The notes below the pieces were generated by a model. That model had not been told where the DNA came from, made no database searches, and was given only the letters and a program-made list of their open reading frames with translations. A stretch of 64,000 nt of DNA from Chloroflexota bacterium (GTDB taxonomy: Bacteria; Chloroflexota; Dehalococcoidia; Lucifugimonadales; JADFKI01): the NCBI GenBank assembly GCA_027623195.1, contig JAQBUT010000013.1:1-64000 (forward strand), read 5' to 3'. How positions within the stretch are numbered: the stretch's first letter is position 1; the number at the start of each line of letters is the position of its first letter. Made by a program: the position numbers and the translations under genes. Positions 1 to 10,334 of the stretch are shown one piece after another.

Positions 1-222
1 AGTACCATCCGGCATTGAGACCCGCCCCCAAGTAGCGGAAGACTCTCTTAATTTGGCCTCATTGTTGTTTGAATAAGTAGATCCACCTTACAGGGCAAGT
101 GCATCTGGGTAAACCGCTCCGGTGAAAACCTGCTTCAGCAGGACGCCAAAGATATCATCGGCAGATTCATATTCGAACTATTCCCAGGGCAGTCGCGATT
201 TCAGATAAGGGCGTGGCGTCGG

Positions 223-3063
223 GTGATCGACGCAATCGAGTCCTCATCCTTTATCTCAGACATCAGCGTTGACGGCGAAATCCGCAAGTTCCAGACCAGC
301 ATATTCCCGGTTATGGACGACGATGGCAACGTCAAGTCGGTCGTAAGCATTGGTCGACCTTTCGAAGACCGCGAGGTCCTTCAACACGAAAACCAGATGC
401 GCGGCGCCGAGCTAGACTTGATCCAAGAGATCTCCAGCATCATTACCTCCAGCCTGGAAATTGGTGACCTTTACGAAAGGTTTGCCACCGAGTTCAAAAG
501 GCTCGTCGATTTTGACAGAATTGTTTTCATGGAGATGAATGACGACGGCGAGAGCTTGACCCCAGCCTTCGTGTCATCCATAGGCCCACACAAGATGGCT
601 GCAGCGGACTTCCTGGCCGTCCAAAAGTCAGGGATGGATCGGGTGATGAGGAATCAGACCACGCTGGTGGAAAACGACCTCAAGGTGCATCGAAAGTTCG
701 CCGTGGACGAAGAGCTGCTGGCCGAGGGCATACGGGCGATCATTCGAATTCCGCTGGTAACACGCAATGGTGCCATCGGAGTAATGGCCTTAGACAGCTA
801 CCACCCCAACGCCTTTGGGCCACGAGAGCAGGCGGTTGCAGAAAGATTGGCGGCACAGATAGCGCCGGCGATTGAAAACGCTCGACTTTACCATGAGGCA
901 CAGGAGTACACCAAGGAACTGGAAGTTATCGATGAGATAGCAGGCCTGGTGACGTCCAGTCTGCGCATCGAAGAGGTGTACGAGAGGCTCTCATCCGAGA
1001 TCGGTCGACTGGTGGACTTTGATCGAATGTCCGTAATTCTGGTGGATTCGGAATCGGGCATTGCTTCCCAGGAATACGCCACCATGCCGAACGAGTTCGG
1101 CCTGGAGCGACGGGCCCCATGGTCCATATCGAATACCGCCACCGAAAAGATGATCGAGGAATGCGCCACGCTCATCGAAGCGGACCTTTCCAAGGAACTT
1201 CGATTTGAGCCTGACCGCGTTTTGCTCGACGCCGGTATTCGATCTGTAATTCGCGTGCCCCTGGCATCCAATGAACGCGCCATAGGCGTCCTGGCCCTTC
1301 ACTGCCGGAGAGCCAACGCATTCGGTCCCAGGGAGCGCCGGGTCATGGAGAGGCTGGTTGCGCAAATAGCTCCGGGTATTGAGAACGCCAGGCTATATCA
1401 GGAGGCCAGGGAGAGGGCCAAGGAACTCCAGGTCATTGATGATATTGCCACCATCATGATCTCCAGCCTTCATACGGAAGAGGTGTATGAACGGTTCGCG
1501 TCAGAGGTAAAGAAGCTCGTAGCTTTTGACAGGATGACGGTTATTCTAATAGATGCCGAAGCCGACGAGGCCGTGGTTACCTATGCCTCTGGTTTCAGCC
1601 ACGACATTTTGCATAACATCGTTCGAAGACCTTTGAAGACCAGCCACGTTCAGTGGATAATTGACCACCGCGACAGCCTTGTGGTGGATGACCTGGAACT
1701 GGCCGTAGAGCCCACGTTCTCAGAGGACCCACTCATGAGGGAGGCCGGATTCCGTTCTGGCATAAGAGTGCCTCTGCTGAACAAAAACCAGGTCATAGGC
1801 ACATTCACTCTGTGGAGCAAGAGCCCTCAGATGTTTGGCTCGCGAGAGAAGCGAATCGTTAGCAGGTTAGCAGCCCAGATAGAGCCTGCCATTGAGAATG
1901 CCAACCTTTACGAAGAGGTTGAGCAGACGCTGAACAGTCTCCGGACCACCCAGGAACAGATGATGCAGATGGAGCGCCTTCGTGCCATGGGTGAGCTTTC
2001 CCGGGGCGTTGCGCATGATTTGAATAATACCCTGTCCGCCATTTTGGGTCGGACCCAGATACTGATGAACCAGATTACTGACGAGACCCATCTGAAGTCG
2101 TTGAGGATTGTGGAGCAGGCGGCCCAGGACTCTGCTCAAGTAGTAAAGCGTATCTTGAAGTTCACGAAGCTCGACGATAACTCCGAATTCGTGGATGTAG
2201 ACGTGAACCAGCTGGTTACTGATGTAATTGAGCTAACCAGGCACAAGTGGACCAATGAGGCGCAGAGCAAAGGGCAGGCCGTGGAAATGTCCACCAAGCT
2301 CCAGGAAGTTCCGCACACAAGCGGAAACTACTCTGAGCTTCGAGAGGTTCTGACCAACCTGGTCATAAATGCGTACGAGGCAATTGAAGGCGACGGCACA
2401 ATAGAGCTGCAGACCTCCAGTTCCGCCGATTTCGTTCGAATATCCTTGCGTGACACGGGCAAGGGAATGACCCCCGAGGTCAGAAAAAAGGTATTCGACC
2501 CTTACTTCACCACCAGGGGGTCCGAGGGAAACGGCATCGGCACCACGGTGTCCCAGGCCATCATCACACAACATGGGGGAACCATAGACGTGGAAAGCGA
2601 ATTGGGAGTCGGAACTACCTTCAACATTTCGCTACCCATCACCAGCGAAATAGATGCGCTTTTCCACGATGCCCCCGAGGCACCTCAGGAGAAGGATAGC
2701 AAGGTCGCCAGCATACTCGTCGTAGAGGACGAGGAGGCCATACGAGAGACCTTGTCGGAGATGCTTCAGTTGGGCGGCCACACCATCACGCTGGCCGAGA
2801 ACGGCGAAGAGGGCCTGAAGTGCTTCAAGGAAGCCCATTTCGACATAGTGTTCACCGACCTGGGAATGCCCGGCATATCCGGCTGGGAGGTTGCCCGCGC
2901 TGTTAGAGGTATGCGGGAGGACGTTCCCATCGTTATGGTCACCGGTTGGGGAGTAGGCATTAGCCAGGAAGAGATGGATGAGAACGGCGTCGACGAGGTC
3001 CTTCCCAAGCCGTTCGACATCGACTTTGTTCTGGATCTGGTCCAGCGAATAGTGGAAGGTTAG
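223..3063 (+). CDS. Hybrid sensor histidine kinase (PAS, 3x GAF, HisKA, HATPase, REC); true N-terminus uncertain
   Basis: Three repeated GAF units ending in IENARLY/IENANLY. H-box GVAHDLNN, N-box NLVINA, G-boxes DTGKGM and GNGIG, C-terminal receiver (VVEDE..TDLGMP..KPF). The frame is open from 73 with PAS-like sequence. Confidence 0.93.
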   Translation: MIDAIESSSFISDISVDGEIRKFQTSIFPVMDDDGNVKSVVSIGRPFEDREVLQHENQMRGAELDLIQEISSIITSSLEIGDLYERFATEFKRLVDFDRIVFMEMNDDGESLTPAFVSSIGPHKMAAADFLAVQKSGMDRVMRNQTTLVENDLKVHRKFAVDEELLAEGIRAIIRIPLVTRNGAIGVMALDSYHPNAFGPREQAVAERLAAQIAPAIENARLYHEAQEYTKELEVIDEIAGLVTSSLRIEEVYERLSSEIGRLVDFDRMSVILVDSESGIASQEYATMPNEFGLERRAPWSISNTATEKMIEECATLIEADLSKELRFEPDRVLLDAGIRSVIRVPLASNERAIGVLALHCRRANAFGPRERRVMERLVAQIAPGIENARLYQEARERAKELQVIDDIATIMISSLHTEEVYERFASEVKKLVAFDRMTVILIDAEADEAVVTYASGFSHDILHNIVRRPLKTSHVQWIIDHRDSLVVDDLELAVEPTFSEDPLMREAGFRSGIRVPLLNKNQVIGTFTLWSKSPQMFGSREKRIVSRLAAQIEPAIENANLYEEVEQTLNSLRTTQEQMMQMERLRAMGELSRGVAHDLNNTLSAILGRTQILMNQITDETHLKSLRIVEQAAQDSAQVVKRILKFTKLDDNSEFVDVDVNQLVTDVIELTRHKWTNEAQSKGQAVEMSTKLQEVPHTSGNYSELREVLTNLVINAYEAIEGDGTIELQTSSSADFVRISLRDTGKGMTPEVRKKVFDPYFTTRGSEGNGIGTTVSQAIITQHGGTIDVESELGVGTTFNISLPITSEIDALFHDAPEAPQEKDSKVASILVVEDEEAIRETLSEMLQLGGHTITLAENGEEGLKCFKEAHFDIVFTDLGMPGISGWEVARAVRGMREDVPIVMVTGWGVGISQEEMDENGVDEVLPKPFDIDFVLDLVQRIVEG

Positions 3064-3311
3064 GCTCCTCCACTTACCTTCGCGTCATCTATTCGATTCT
3101 CTTCACCCCCGTCTCATACCCCCAGCTGCACCACGCTAGCTGTTCCTGTTCCAAATGTACCCGTTCCCCCTGACGCCCATATCAGTCCCCGTAGGCGGCC
3201 CAATTTACTATTAGGTGCCCATGCAATAAAGTAATCTATGGCAATTTGCAGGGAAACTTCCGGGCGCGGTTCATATGTCCGGGTAACGCGAGTAATACAG
3301 GAGAGAAAGCT

Positions 3312-3839
3312 ATGCCGATACGCAGTCTGGATGGGAACACGCCCAATATTCACGCCACGGCGTTCATCAGCGAGATGGCCTACGTGGTGGGGAACGTCAC
3401 AATAGGGGAGGGCTCCAGCGTTTGGCCGGGCGCAGTGGTGCGCGGAGACATGGGAACGGTTGTAATCGGAAAATTCACCAACATACAGGACAATTCGGTG
3501 GTGCACAGCGATGCCAACATAGAGATCGGCGACAACGTGACCATAGCGCACAACGTGCTTTGTCACGCCAGGACGGTGGCCAACGGCGTGGTGCTTGGCA
3601 ATGGCGTAACCGTGAACGACGGCGTCTCGATAGGCGAATACAGCTTCATTGCGTCGGGCGCCATGATTGTGGACGAGGTGGAGATTCCGGAGAGGTCGCT
3701 GGTGGTGGGTGTCCCCGCCAAGGTTTTGCGGCAGGTTGGCCAGCGCCACCTGGATAAGATGAAGTGGTACAACGACGTGTATATCGAAAAGGCCCAGAAG
3801 TACAAAGCCGAGGGCAACCTGGAGTCAGAGCGGCCTTAA
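3312..3839 (+). CDS. Gamma carbonic anhydrase family (hexapeptide repeat) protein
   Basis: VVRGD..NIQDNSVVH..TIAHNVLCH motifs; SD AGGAG precedes the ATG at 3312. Confidence 0.9.
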   Translation: MPIRSLDGNTPNIHATAFISEMAYVVGNVTIGEGSSVWPGAVVRGDMGTVVIGKFTNIQDNSVVHSDANIEIGDNVTIAHNVLCHARTVANGVVLGNGVTVNDGVSIGEYSFIASGAMIVDEVEIPERSLVVGVPAKVLRQVGQRHLDKMKWYNDVYIEKAQKYKAEGNLESERP

Positions 3840-3968
3840 CACGGCCCGTGGGGCCGCCCTCAAGTTAAGTACCAGACCCAAGCATTAGCCAGGCCAATGA
3901 CCTCAAGCCGCCATGCTGCATTTGAAACCCCAATGGCCATAGCCGGACAATCGAAAAATATCCCCAAG

Positions 3969-5639
3969 CTACATTTGGAGAGGGGCGTCCATGATCATCA
4001 GGGATAGGCAACGAGCCAGAGCTGTTCTTGCCGCGTCCACCAGCTTCAGTCGGGCCTTGGTGACAGCCTCTTCTCCGGCTTCGGTGGAAACGACGCGACA
4101 GTCCTGGTAGAAGGAGTGGAACGTCGTAGCCAGCTCTGACGAGTAGTGGGGCAGGTGATGAGGCTCCATGGTGCGAGTGATCAGTTCGATCAACTCCGGC
4201 AGCTCCAGCATTTTTCGGATGAGCGACAACTCTGAATCGTGGGTCAACAGACTCACGTCGCCGTCGGAGAAGTCGATGCCACGCTCTTCCGCCAGACGCA
4301 GAATGCTGGCGATACGGGCGTGAGCGTACTGCACGTAGTAGACCGGGTTCTCCTGTGACTGCTCCTTGGCCAAAGCCATATCGAAATCCATCTGGCTGTT
4401 GGCGTCGCGTGACAGGAAGAAGTAACGGCAGGCGTCCGGTCCCACCTCGTCGATAACGTCTCGCAGCGTTATCATGTCGCCGGTGCGCTTGGATATTCGC
4501 ACCACCTCGCCGCCGCGTTTCAGCGTCACCATCTGGTTTATAACCAGCGTCATTTTTTCTTCTTGAAGACCAAGCGCGCCTATGACCGCCTTGATAAAGC
4601 CGGCGTGGCCCTGGTGGTCGGCCCCCCAAATGTTGATGACCTTGTCGTACTTGCGCTCGACGAACTTATTGTAGTGGTAAGCAACGTCGGACGCGAAGTA
4701 GGTCGGGATGCCATTGCTGCGCACCAGCACCTTGTCCCTCTCGTCACCCAATCGTGTCGAGGCGAACCAGGTCGCGCCATCGTTCTCCGTGACGTATCCC
4801 CGGTCGCGTAGTAGCTGTATGGACTTTTCGAACTGGCCGTCAGTGAACAGTGTTGCTTCGTTGAACCAGATATCGAAATTGATGCGAAGGAGCTTTACGT
4901 CCTCGCGGATGCGGGCCATCATTTTGGACAGGCCCAGAGCGCCTATCTCGTCTAGCGCCTGCTCCAGCGGCAAATTCAGTAGCCTATCGCCCTCTTCGTC
5001 CTTAATCTCCTCGGCCAGATCCACCATGTATTCAGCTTTGTAGCCGTCCTCCGGGACCTGAGCGTCCCGCCCAAACTGCTGTTCGTAGCGAGCGAAAAGT
5101 GTCCGCTTGAAGTGGATAATCTGAGCGCCGGCGTCGTTGAAGTAGTACTCTCGGTCCACGTTGTAACCGGCCGCTTCCATGATGTTGGCCAGGGCGCTGC
5201 CAATTACGCCGCCCCTGGCGTGGGCCACATGCAACGGCCCAACTGGGTTGGCGCTTACGAACTCGATTTGCACCCTCTGACCATGACCGATGTCTACGTT
5301 TCCATAGGTGTCGCCGGCCAGTCGAATGGCCTCCACCTGCTCCGCGAGCCAAGACTGCTTTAGAGAGAAGTTGATAAAACCAGGTGCCGCAACGCTGACG
5401 TGGTCCAGGATGCCCTGGGTCGGAATCAACGACTCCAGCTTTTCAGCAATCATCATGGGGTTCATGCGCATCGGACGCGCCAGCTTCAGCGGTAGGCTGC
5501 TGGCGAAATCGCCATGCTCGGGCTTTTGGGGTCGTTCAATAGTGATTTCCTCCACATCCACCTTGGGCAGGAGTTCACTTTTTTGGGCGTCAGCCAGTGC
5601 TTTGCGCACCAGAAGTTCGATGTCTTCCCTGATGGTCAT
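3969..5639 (-). CDS. argS: Arginine--tRNA ligase
   Basis: EFVSANPVGPLHVAHAR (HIGH-like), WGADHQGH, ISKRTG, YVQYAHARI, C-terminal ..PLQM. Confidence 0.97.
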   Translation of the reverse strand: MTIREDIELLVRKALADAQKSELLPKVDVEEITIERPQKPEHGDFASSLPLKLARPMRMNPMMIAEKLESLIPTQGILDHVSVAAPGFINFSLKQSWLAEQVEAIRLAGDTYGNVDIGHGQRVQIEFVSANPVGPLHVAHARGGVIGSALANIMEAAGYNVDREYYFNDAGAQIIHFKRTLFARYEQQFGRDAQVPEDGYKAEYMVDLAEEIKDEEGDRLLNLPLEQALDEIGALGLSKMMARIREDVKLLRINFDIWFNEATLFTDGQFEKSIQLLRDRGYVTENDGATWFASTRLGDERDKVLVRSNGIPTYFASDVAYHYNKFVERKYDKVINIWGADHQGHAGFIKAVIGALGLQEEKMTLVINQMVTLKRGGEVVRISKRTGDMITLRDVIDEVGPDACRYFFLSRDANSQMDFDMALAKEQSQENPVYYVQYAHARIASILRLAEERGIDFSDGDVSLLTHDSELSLIRKMLELPELIELITRTMEPHHLPHYSSELATTFHSFYQDCRVVSTEAGEEAVTKARLKLVDAARTALARCLSLMIMDAPLQM

Positions 5640-5737
5640 AGACGATTTCCTGAGAATTCTGGATAAGGATAGTAAGGTAAAGGTTAGCAGAGGTTATGTC
5701 TGGTAGCCAGTGATATGCGGGCCACGTAGTCTTCGGT

Positions 5738-6508
5738 TCAATTACACCCAGACCAGGGCTCGTAGCCACGTCGGCTCACAGGAACTCCTTCGGCATTGCG
5801 AAGCTCCGCTAAGTCCGGTTCCAAGTTATTCCAGATGGCCGTGCCGCTTCCGAATGTGAACCCGCCAAAGTCGGGGTGGATTTTGTTCGTGTAAACCCGC
5901 ACGCTGTAGCCGTCATGAAGTGTGTATGTGGGAAACTCGAAATAGGGCTCGCCGTCGTCTACGTCTAGCAACATCCAGCCCTCAAGCTCCTGAGGGGCGT
6001 CTCCGCAATTGGCAATCTCTACGTACTCGTCACCCTCGTACCACTGCTCCTCGCCGTTGAAGAATACCTCCGTAATGCGAACGTCGGGTTCCCCGGTGGA
6101 TTCAGGTATGGCTGTCTGCGTCGGTGGTGACGGCGACGGAGCAGGGGATGGGGACGTGGTCGGCGGGAGCGCCGTCGATGTAGGTTCTGGAGAGGAAGTC
6201 GGCGACGGGTTTGGCGTGGGCGTTGCGCTGGGCGCGGGCGCTATCGTGCGCAATGGCGATGGAGTAGCCTTGCCGGTGAGAATAGGTGTGGAGACCTCGA
6301 CCATTGACGCAGGAGTGTCAGTAGGAGGTGCAGAGGTAACCACCATAGCCTTCGCCGTTTGCGTAGTGAGGGCTGCCAATGCCCAAGCAGTCTCGGTGGC
6401 AAATGGTATATTCAAATGTGAGACCACGGGGATTTCATCAGGCGTTTGGACGCATCCAATTATGGCCATTAGGCATAGCGCTGTGGAGAATGCGATTAAC
6501 TTGGCCAT
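5738..6508 (-). CDS. Lipoprotein with Pro/Thr-rich stalk and C-terminal lamin-tail (LTD) domain
   Basis: Signal peptide ending AIIGC, PT/PS-rich linker, LTD motifs VRITEV..DEYVEIAN..LEGWML..IWNN. Start chosen at MAKLIAF. Confidence 0.8.
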   Translation of the reverse strand: MAKLIAFSTALCLMAIIGCVQTPDEIPVVSHLNIPFATETAWALAALTTQTAKAMVVTSAPPTDTPASMVEVSTPILTGKATPSPLRTIAPAPSATPTPNPSPTSSPEPTSTALPPTTSPSPAPSPSPPTQTAIPESTGEPDVRITEVFFNGEEQWYEGDEYVEIANCGDAPQELEGWMLLDVDDGEPYFEFPTYTLHDGYSVRVYTNKIHPDFGGFTFGSGTAIWNNLEPDLAELRNAEGVPVSRRGYEPWSGCN

Positions 6509-6552
6509 GTACGAGATCGTAGCCCTTAACGCTAGTACACATTTCAGGATAC

Positions 6553-6583
6553 AAAAGGGGACGCCTTCGCGAGCGTCCCCTTT
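6553..6583 (-). terminator. Intrinsic terminator downstream of selD
   Basis: AAAGGGGACGC-loop-GCGTCCCCTTT inverted repeat with A/T flanks, 30 nt after the selD stop. Confidence 0.75.
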
Positions 6584-6611
6584 CAACGTTGATTTAAATT
6601 TGCGTTCCGGC

Positions 6612-7673
6612 TTACGGAACGACTTCGATTCTCATCCCGCCCAACGAATCCTTTTGAAGAATCTCGCCGACCACCGCCCGCGTCTCCACACCGGCAATTT
6701 CCAACTCTCGCAGCAGATCGTCCTTTTTGGACGCTGCCACGGAGATGAGCAGCCCGCCGGAGGTCTGCGCATCGGCCAAGAGAATTCGGCTAAGATCATC
6801 CACCTCTGGATGCCAGGCGACCACGCCTTCGAGCGATTCCAGGTTGCGATGGGTGCCGCCGGGGGCGATGCCCGCCTCCAGTAGCTCCTTCACGCCGTCG
6901 ATGACTGGCACGTCGCCAAGTCGAATCCTGGCGCAGACGTCGCTTCCCAGCACAATGCCTCGCAGGTGACCAAGCAAGCCGAACCCTGTAACGTCGGTGC
7001 AGGCATGTGGTCCTACTTTGACCATGGCCTCAGCAGCAGCCTTGTTTAGCGTAGCCATATGCTTCACGGCGGTGGCCAGCACCTCCGCAGATACGCGTTC
7101 CTGCTTGCCCGCCGTGGTGATGATTCCGGTGCCTATGGGTTTGGTCAGCACCAGTACGTCGCCAGGCTTGGCCCCCGCGTTGGTGACCTCTTCGCCGGGC
7201 CGCACCACGCCAGTGACAGCCATGCCGTATTTAGGCTCTTTGTCGTCCACGGTGTGCCCGCCGACTATGAGCACTCCGGCCTCGGTTGCTTTGGACGCGC
7301 CGCCCTTTAGAATCTCGCCCAGGATTTCGTGGGGGAGGTCCACCGGGAAGCCCACCACGTTTAAGCCAAATATTGGCTTGCCGCCCATAGCATAAACGTC
7401 ACTCAGGGCGTTGGCGACCGCCACTTCTCCGAATACGAACGGGTCGTCTACTATTGGCGGGAAGAAGTCCACAGTGGATATGATTGCCATGTCGTCGTTC
7501 ATCTTGTACACGGCGGCGTCGTCTCCGGTGGAAATGCCCACTAGCAGGTTGGGATCTGTTATTGCTGGTAGCTGCCGCAGCACCTGCGACAGGTCCTTAG
7601 GACTGAATTTAGAGGCTCAACCGGCGCAGCTGGCCAGCTCCGTCAGCCTGATATTTTCATGAACATGTGCCAT
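6612..7673 (-). CDS. selD: Selenide, water dikinase; selenoprotein with Sec at codon 19
   Basis: SD GAGGAG + ATG at 7673 gives MAHVHENIRLTELASCAG-UGA-ASKFSP, in frame with the 6612-7583 ORF (DDAAVY, TVDFFPP, NALSDVYAMGG, TDVTGFGLLGH, DAQTSGGLL). Confidence 0.95.
7575..7619 (-). promoter_or_regulatory. Candidate bacterial SECIS element of selD
   Basis: UGA (7617-7619) is followed 22 nt later by hairpin ACCU-GUCGC-AGGU (7582-7594) with a G-first apical loop. Confidence 0.65.
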
Positions 7674-7750
7674 GTCAAAGGCTCCTCTACGTAGTGTATT
7701 TCGATAAGTTCGGCTTAATGGCCGATGTGTGGACAAAGTATAGCAGACGG

Positions 7751-9202
7751 CTATTTTATCCTGTGGCCGTTGGGTGCCCATGTGGCCAACTCGCTCTTGC
7801 CGGGCAGGAACTGAGCTCTGCCTCTGGGGCGCTTTAGCTCGCCGTCTTCAATAATTACCTCACCGCGCTGCATGGAGAAAACGGCCTTGCCAAGAATCTC
7901 CTTGCCTTCGAACATCGTGAAGTCGGCATTGGTGTGCTGATGCTCTGCGCTTAGTGTGTGGGCCAGCGTTGGGTCGAACAGCACGATGTCCGCGTCAGAC
8001 CCGGGCAGCAGCGCTCCCTTCTTTGGGTATAGGCCGAATATCTTGGCCGGGTTCTCGCACATGACTTGGACCAGCCTTGGCAGCGTTATGCGCCCCTTGT
8101 TAACGCCTTCCTGGTACGCCACAGACAGCATCTGCTCGCACCAGTTGCCGCCGAAGGTAGCCTCAAAGATGCTTAGGTCGTCGCCGGACTCGATCTCGCT
8201 AAGCGCGCTACTGACGCTCTGGCCTCCCTGATATTTCTGGGCTTTCTTGAAACCGCAGAAGTCGCTGGCTATGGTGTCCAACAGGTGGAGGCCTATGCCT
8301 TTCCACATTGCCTCGTTGTCTTCCTTTTCCCGCAGCGGTGGGCCTATCTTCGCCAGGGCCCCGTGGTCCAGCATGGACTGGTTCGTAAGGTCCAGATATT
8401 GTGGGCAGGTCTCCCCGTATAGCCGCAAGTCCCCACCCTTAAAGTGGTCCAACGTGTTCAGCATCTCCCTGGCGCTGATGTGCACTATATACAGAGGACA
8501 GTCAGTCACGCTGGCATAGGTGGCCGCGCGGTTGGCCGCTTCCAGCTCAAGAATCCTGGGCTGGGACGGCGCGTACCACTCACGTCCCGTTCGACCCTCG
8601 GCCACCGACTTGTCCATCAGGTGGTCGATGCAGTAGCCGTTCTCTGCGTGCACCATGGCCATGCCGCCGTCTTTCGAGGCTATATCCATGGCCTGAAGCA
8701 TCTTATCGTCAGGCATCATAATGCCCCGCCTGGGATAAGTCATGAACATCTTGAAGGAGATGACGCCCATTTTGATTAATCTGGGCACCTGGTCTTCCAC
8801 ATCGTCGTCGCCAACAAGAATCGCGTGGATGCTGTAGTCCAACCGGGAGTCCCGTTGTGCCTCGTCCATGAAAGCCTCGATGGACTGTATTGTGGTCTCT
8901 TCAATGCCCACGTCCCGTCGGTTCCTTATGAAGGGAATGATAGTCGTGACGCCGCCGAAGGCTGCACTCTCTGAGAAGGTGTCCACTCGGTCCGCGTTAA
9001 CAGGGTGGTTGTGGGCGTCTATGATGCCAGGCAAGACGTACTTGCCCGTCGCGTCGATGATCCGAGCAGCAGGCTGGTCGGACAGGTCTGGCCCCATTCG
9101 CTGGATAACCTCGTCCTTAACCAGAACGTCCTGCCTGCTTATGCCGTCACCAGTGATTACCAGCCCGCCCTTTATGAGGTAGTCGGCCTGCTGAGTTGTC
9201 AT
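7751..9202 (-). CDS. Dihydropyrimidinase/hydantoinase-family cyclic amidohydrolase
   Basis: PGIIDAHNH, AAFGGVTT, FKMFM (carboxy-Lys), VHAEN, VHIS, GETCPQY, NPAKIFGLYP, GSDAD. Confidence 0.88.
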   Translation of the reverse strand: MTTQQADYLIKGGLVITGDGISRQDVLVKDEVIQRMGPDLSDQPAARIIDATGKYVLPGIIDAHNHPVNADRVDTFSESAAFGGVTTIIPFIRNRRDVGIEETTIQSIEAFMDEAQRDSRLDYSIHAILVGDDDVEDQVPRLIKMGVISFKMFMTYPRRGIMMPDDKMLQAMDIASKDGGMAMVHAENGYCIDHLMDKSVAEGRTGREWYAPSQPRILELEAANRAATYASVTDCPLYIVHISAREMLNTLDHFKGGDLRLYGETCPQYLDLTNQSMLDHGALAKIGPPLREKEDNEAMWKGIGLHLLDTIASDFCGFKKAQKYQGGQSVSSALSEIESGDDLSIFEATFGGNWCEQMLSVAYQEGVNKGRITLPRLVQVMCENPAKIFGLYPKKGALLPGSDADIVLFDPTLAHTLSAEHQHTNADFTMFEGKEILGKAVFSMQRGEVIIEDGELKRPRGRAQFLPGKSELATWAPNGHRIK

Positions 9203-9232
9203 GTCATTTCTCCTAGTCAATCTTGTCTGGGT

Positions 9233-9260
9233 ATCTTAACTTCCCCAATAAAACTGTCAA
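9233..9260 (-). promoter_or_regulatory. Sigma70-like promoter of the amidohydrolase gene
   Basis: TTGACA-16 nt-TAAGAT on the minus strand, about 30 nt upstream of the start. Confidence 0.6.
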
Positions 9261-9527
9261 GTAATTTCTGATAATCCGCGTCTGGGCATGAGGAAAATCA
9301 GCTATGAATGGGACGTGATACTGGCATCTAAATGGCGTCGCCCTTGAGCTTTCTTTTCGCCTCTGGGATGGCCATTTCCCCATTCATCCAAAACAGGTAG
9401 AATTGGGGCATCCAAATCCAGGAAATTGCTGCACATCCTATAACCGTCAAATGTAATGGAATTTGAAATATCGGCGGCATCTCAAGCTTGCTGCTGCATC
9501 GTGTGAACAAAAAGGGAGAACGAAAGA

Positions 9528-10334
9528 ATGGCAGATCATAAACTTACCGTAGGCAACGTGGAAGTGGTGTCTGTGCTGGACGGCTACTCGGCCAGGAGAG
9601 TCCCCACCGAGACGTTCCCTGGAAGCACCATCGAGGGCTGGCGGGAGTTCCCAGACATCCTGGACGAGAATGATCAGATACAGTCCAGGTACGGCTCCGT
9701 AGCCTTGCGTTCCCAGGGCAAGCTAATCATCGTGGACACGGGCATGCAGACCGATCCCGGCGGGAGACTGCCGGACGACATGAAGGCCAAGGGTGTCGAT
9801 CGTGAAGCCGTCGACATCGTGTTCCTGACACACCTGCACCCCGACCATGTGGGCTGGAACCTGACCGACGGCCGACCAACGTTCCCAAACGCGCGCTACT
9901 TGGCACCCCGCTCCGACTACGAGTACTGGAGCCAGCCGGACGTCCTTGCCAACGCCGCGCACGTGCAAAACCAGGTCATGCCGCTCAACGACCTTAAGCT
10001 CATAGACCTGGTGGAGGAGGAGTACAAGATCACCGGCGAGATTACCACGGTGTCGACTCCCGGCCACACGCCGGGCCACTTCTCGCTAATAATCGCTTCG
10101 GCGGGGGAGAGGGCATTCATTCTGGGTGATGTGGCCCATAGCCCTGCCCAGGCGCACTATACCGACTGGAACCCGATGTTCGACATTCAGCAGGACATTT
10201 CCAGGGCGACGCGACATAAGGTGCTGGACCAGCTGGAGGCCGAGGGCACGCTGGTTTCGTCCGGTCACTTCCCGGACCCAGGCTTTGGCCACTTCGCCAG
10301 AGTCGAAGGCCGTCGCGTGTGGAAGGCCCTTTAA
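9528..10334 (+). CDS. MBL-fold metallo-hydrolase (AHL-lactonase/MPH-like)
   Basis: THLHPDH, PGHTPGH, GDVAH, SGHFP. Confidence 0.9.
   Translation: MADHKLTVGNVEVVSVLDGYSARRVPTETFPGSTIEGWREFPDILDENDQIQSRYGSVALRSQGKLIIVDTGMQTDPGGRLPDDMKAKGVDREAVDIVFLTHLHPDHVGWNLTDGRPTFPNARYLAPRSDYEYWSQPDVLANAAHVQNQVMPLNDLKLIDLVEEEYKITGEITTVSTPGHTPGHFSLIIASAGERAFILGDVAHSPAQAHYTDWNPMFDIQQDISRATRHKVLDQLEAEGTLVSSGHFPDPGFGHFARVEGRRVWKAL

Noticed and set aside
70..72. In-frame TGA upstream of the kinase PAS region as a possible Sec codon
   Set aside because: A TAA lies 7 codons upstream with no start codon in between, and there is no Cys-type motif context.
400..1920. Three ~500-bp internal similarities in the kinase gene
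   Set aside because: They are explained by tandem GAF domains.
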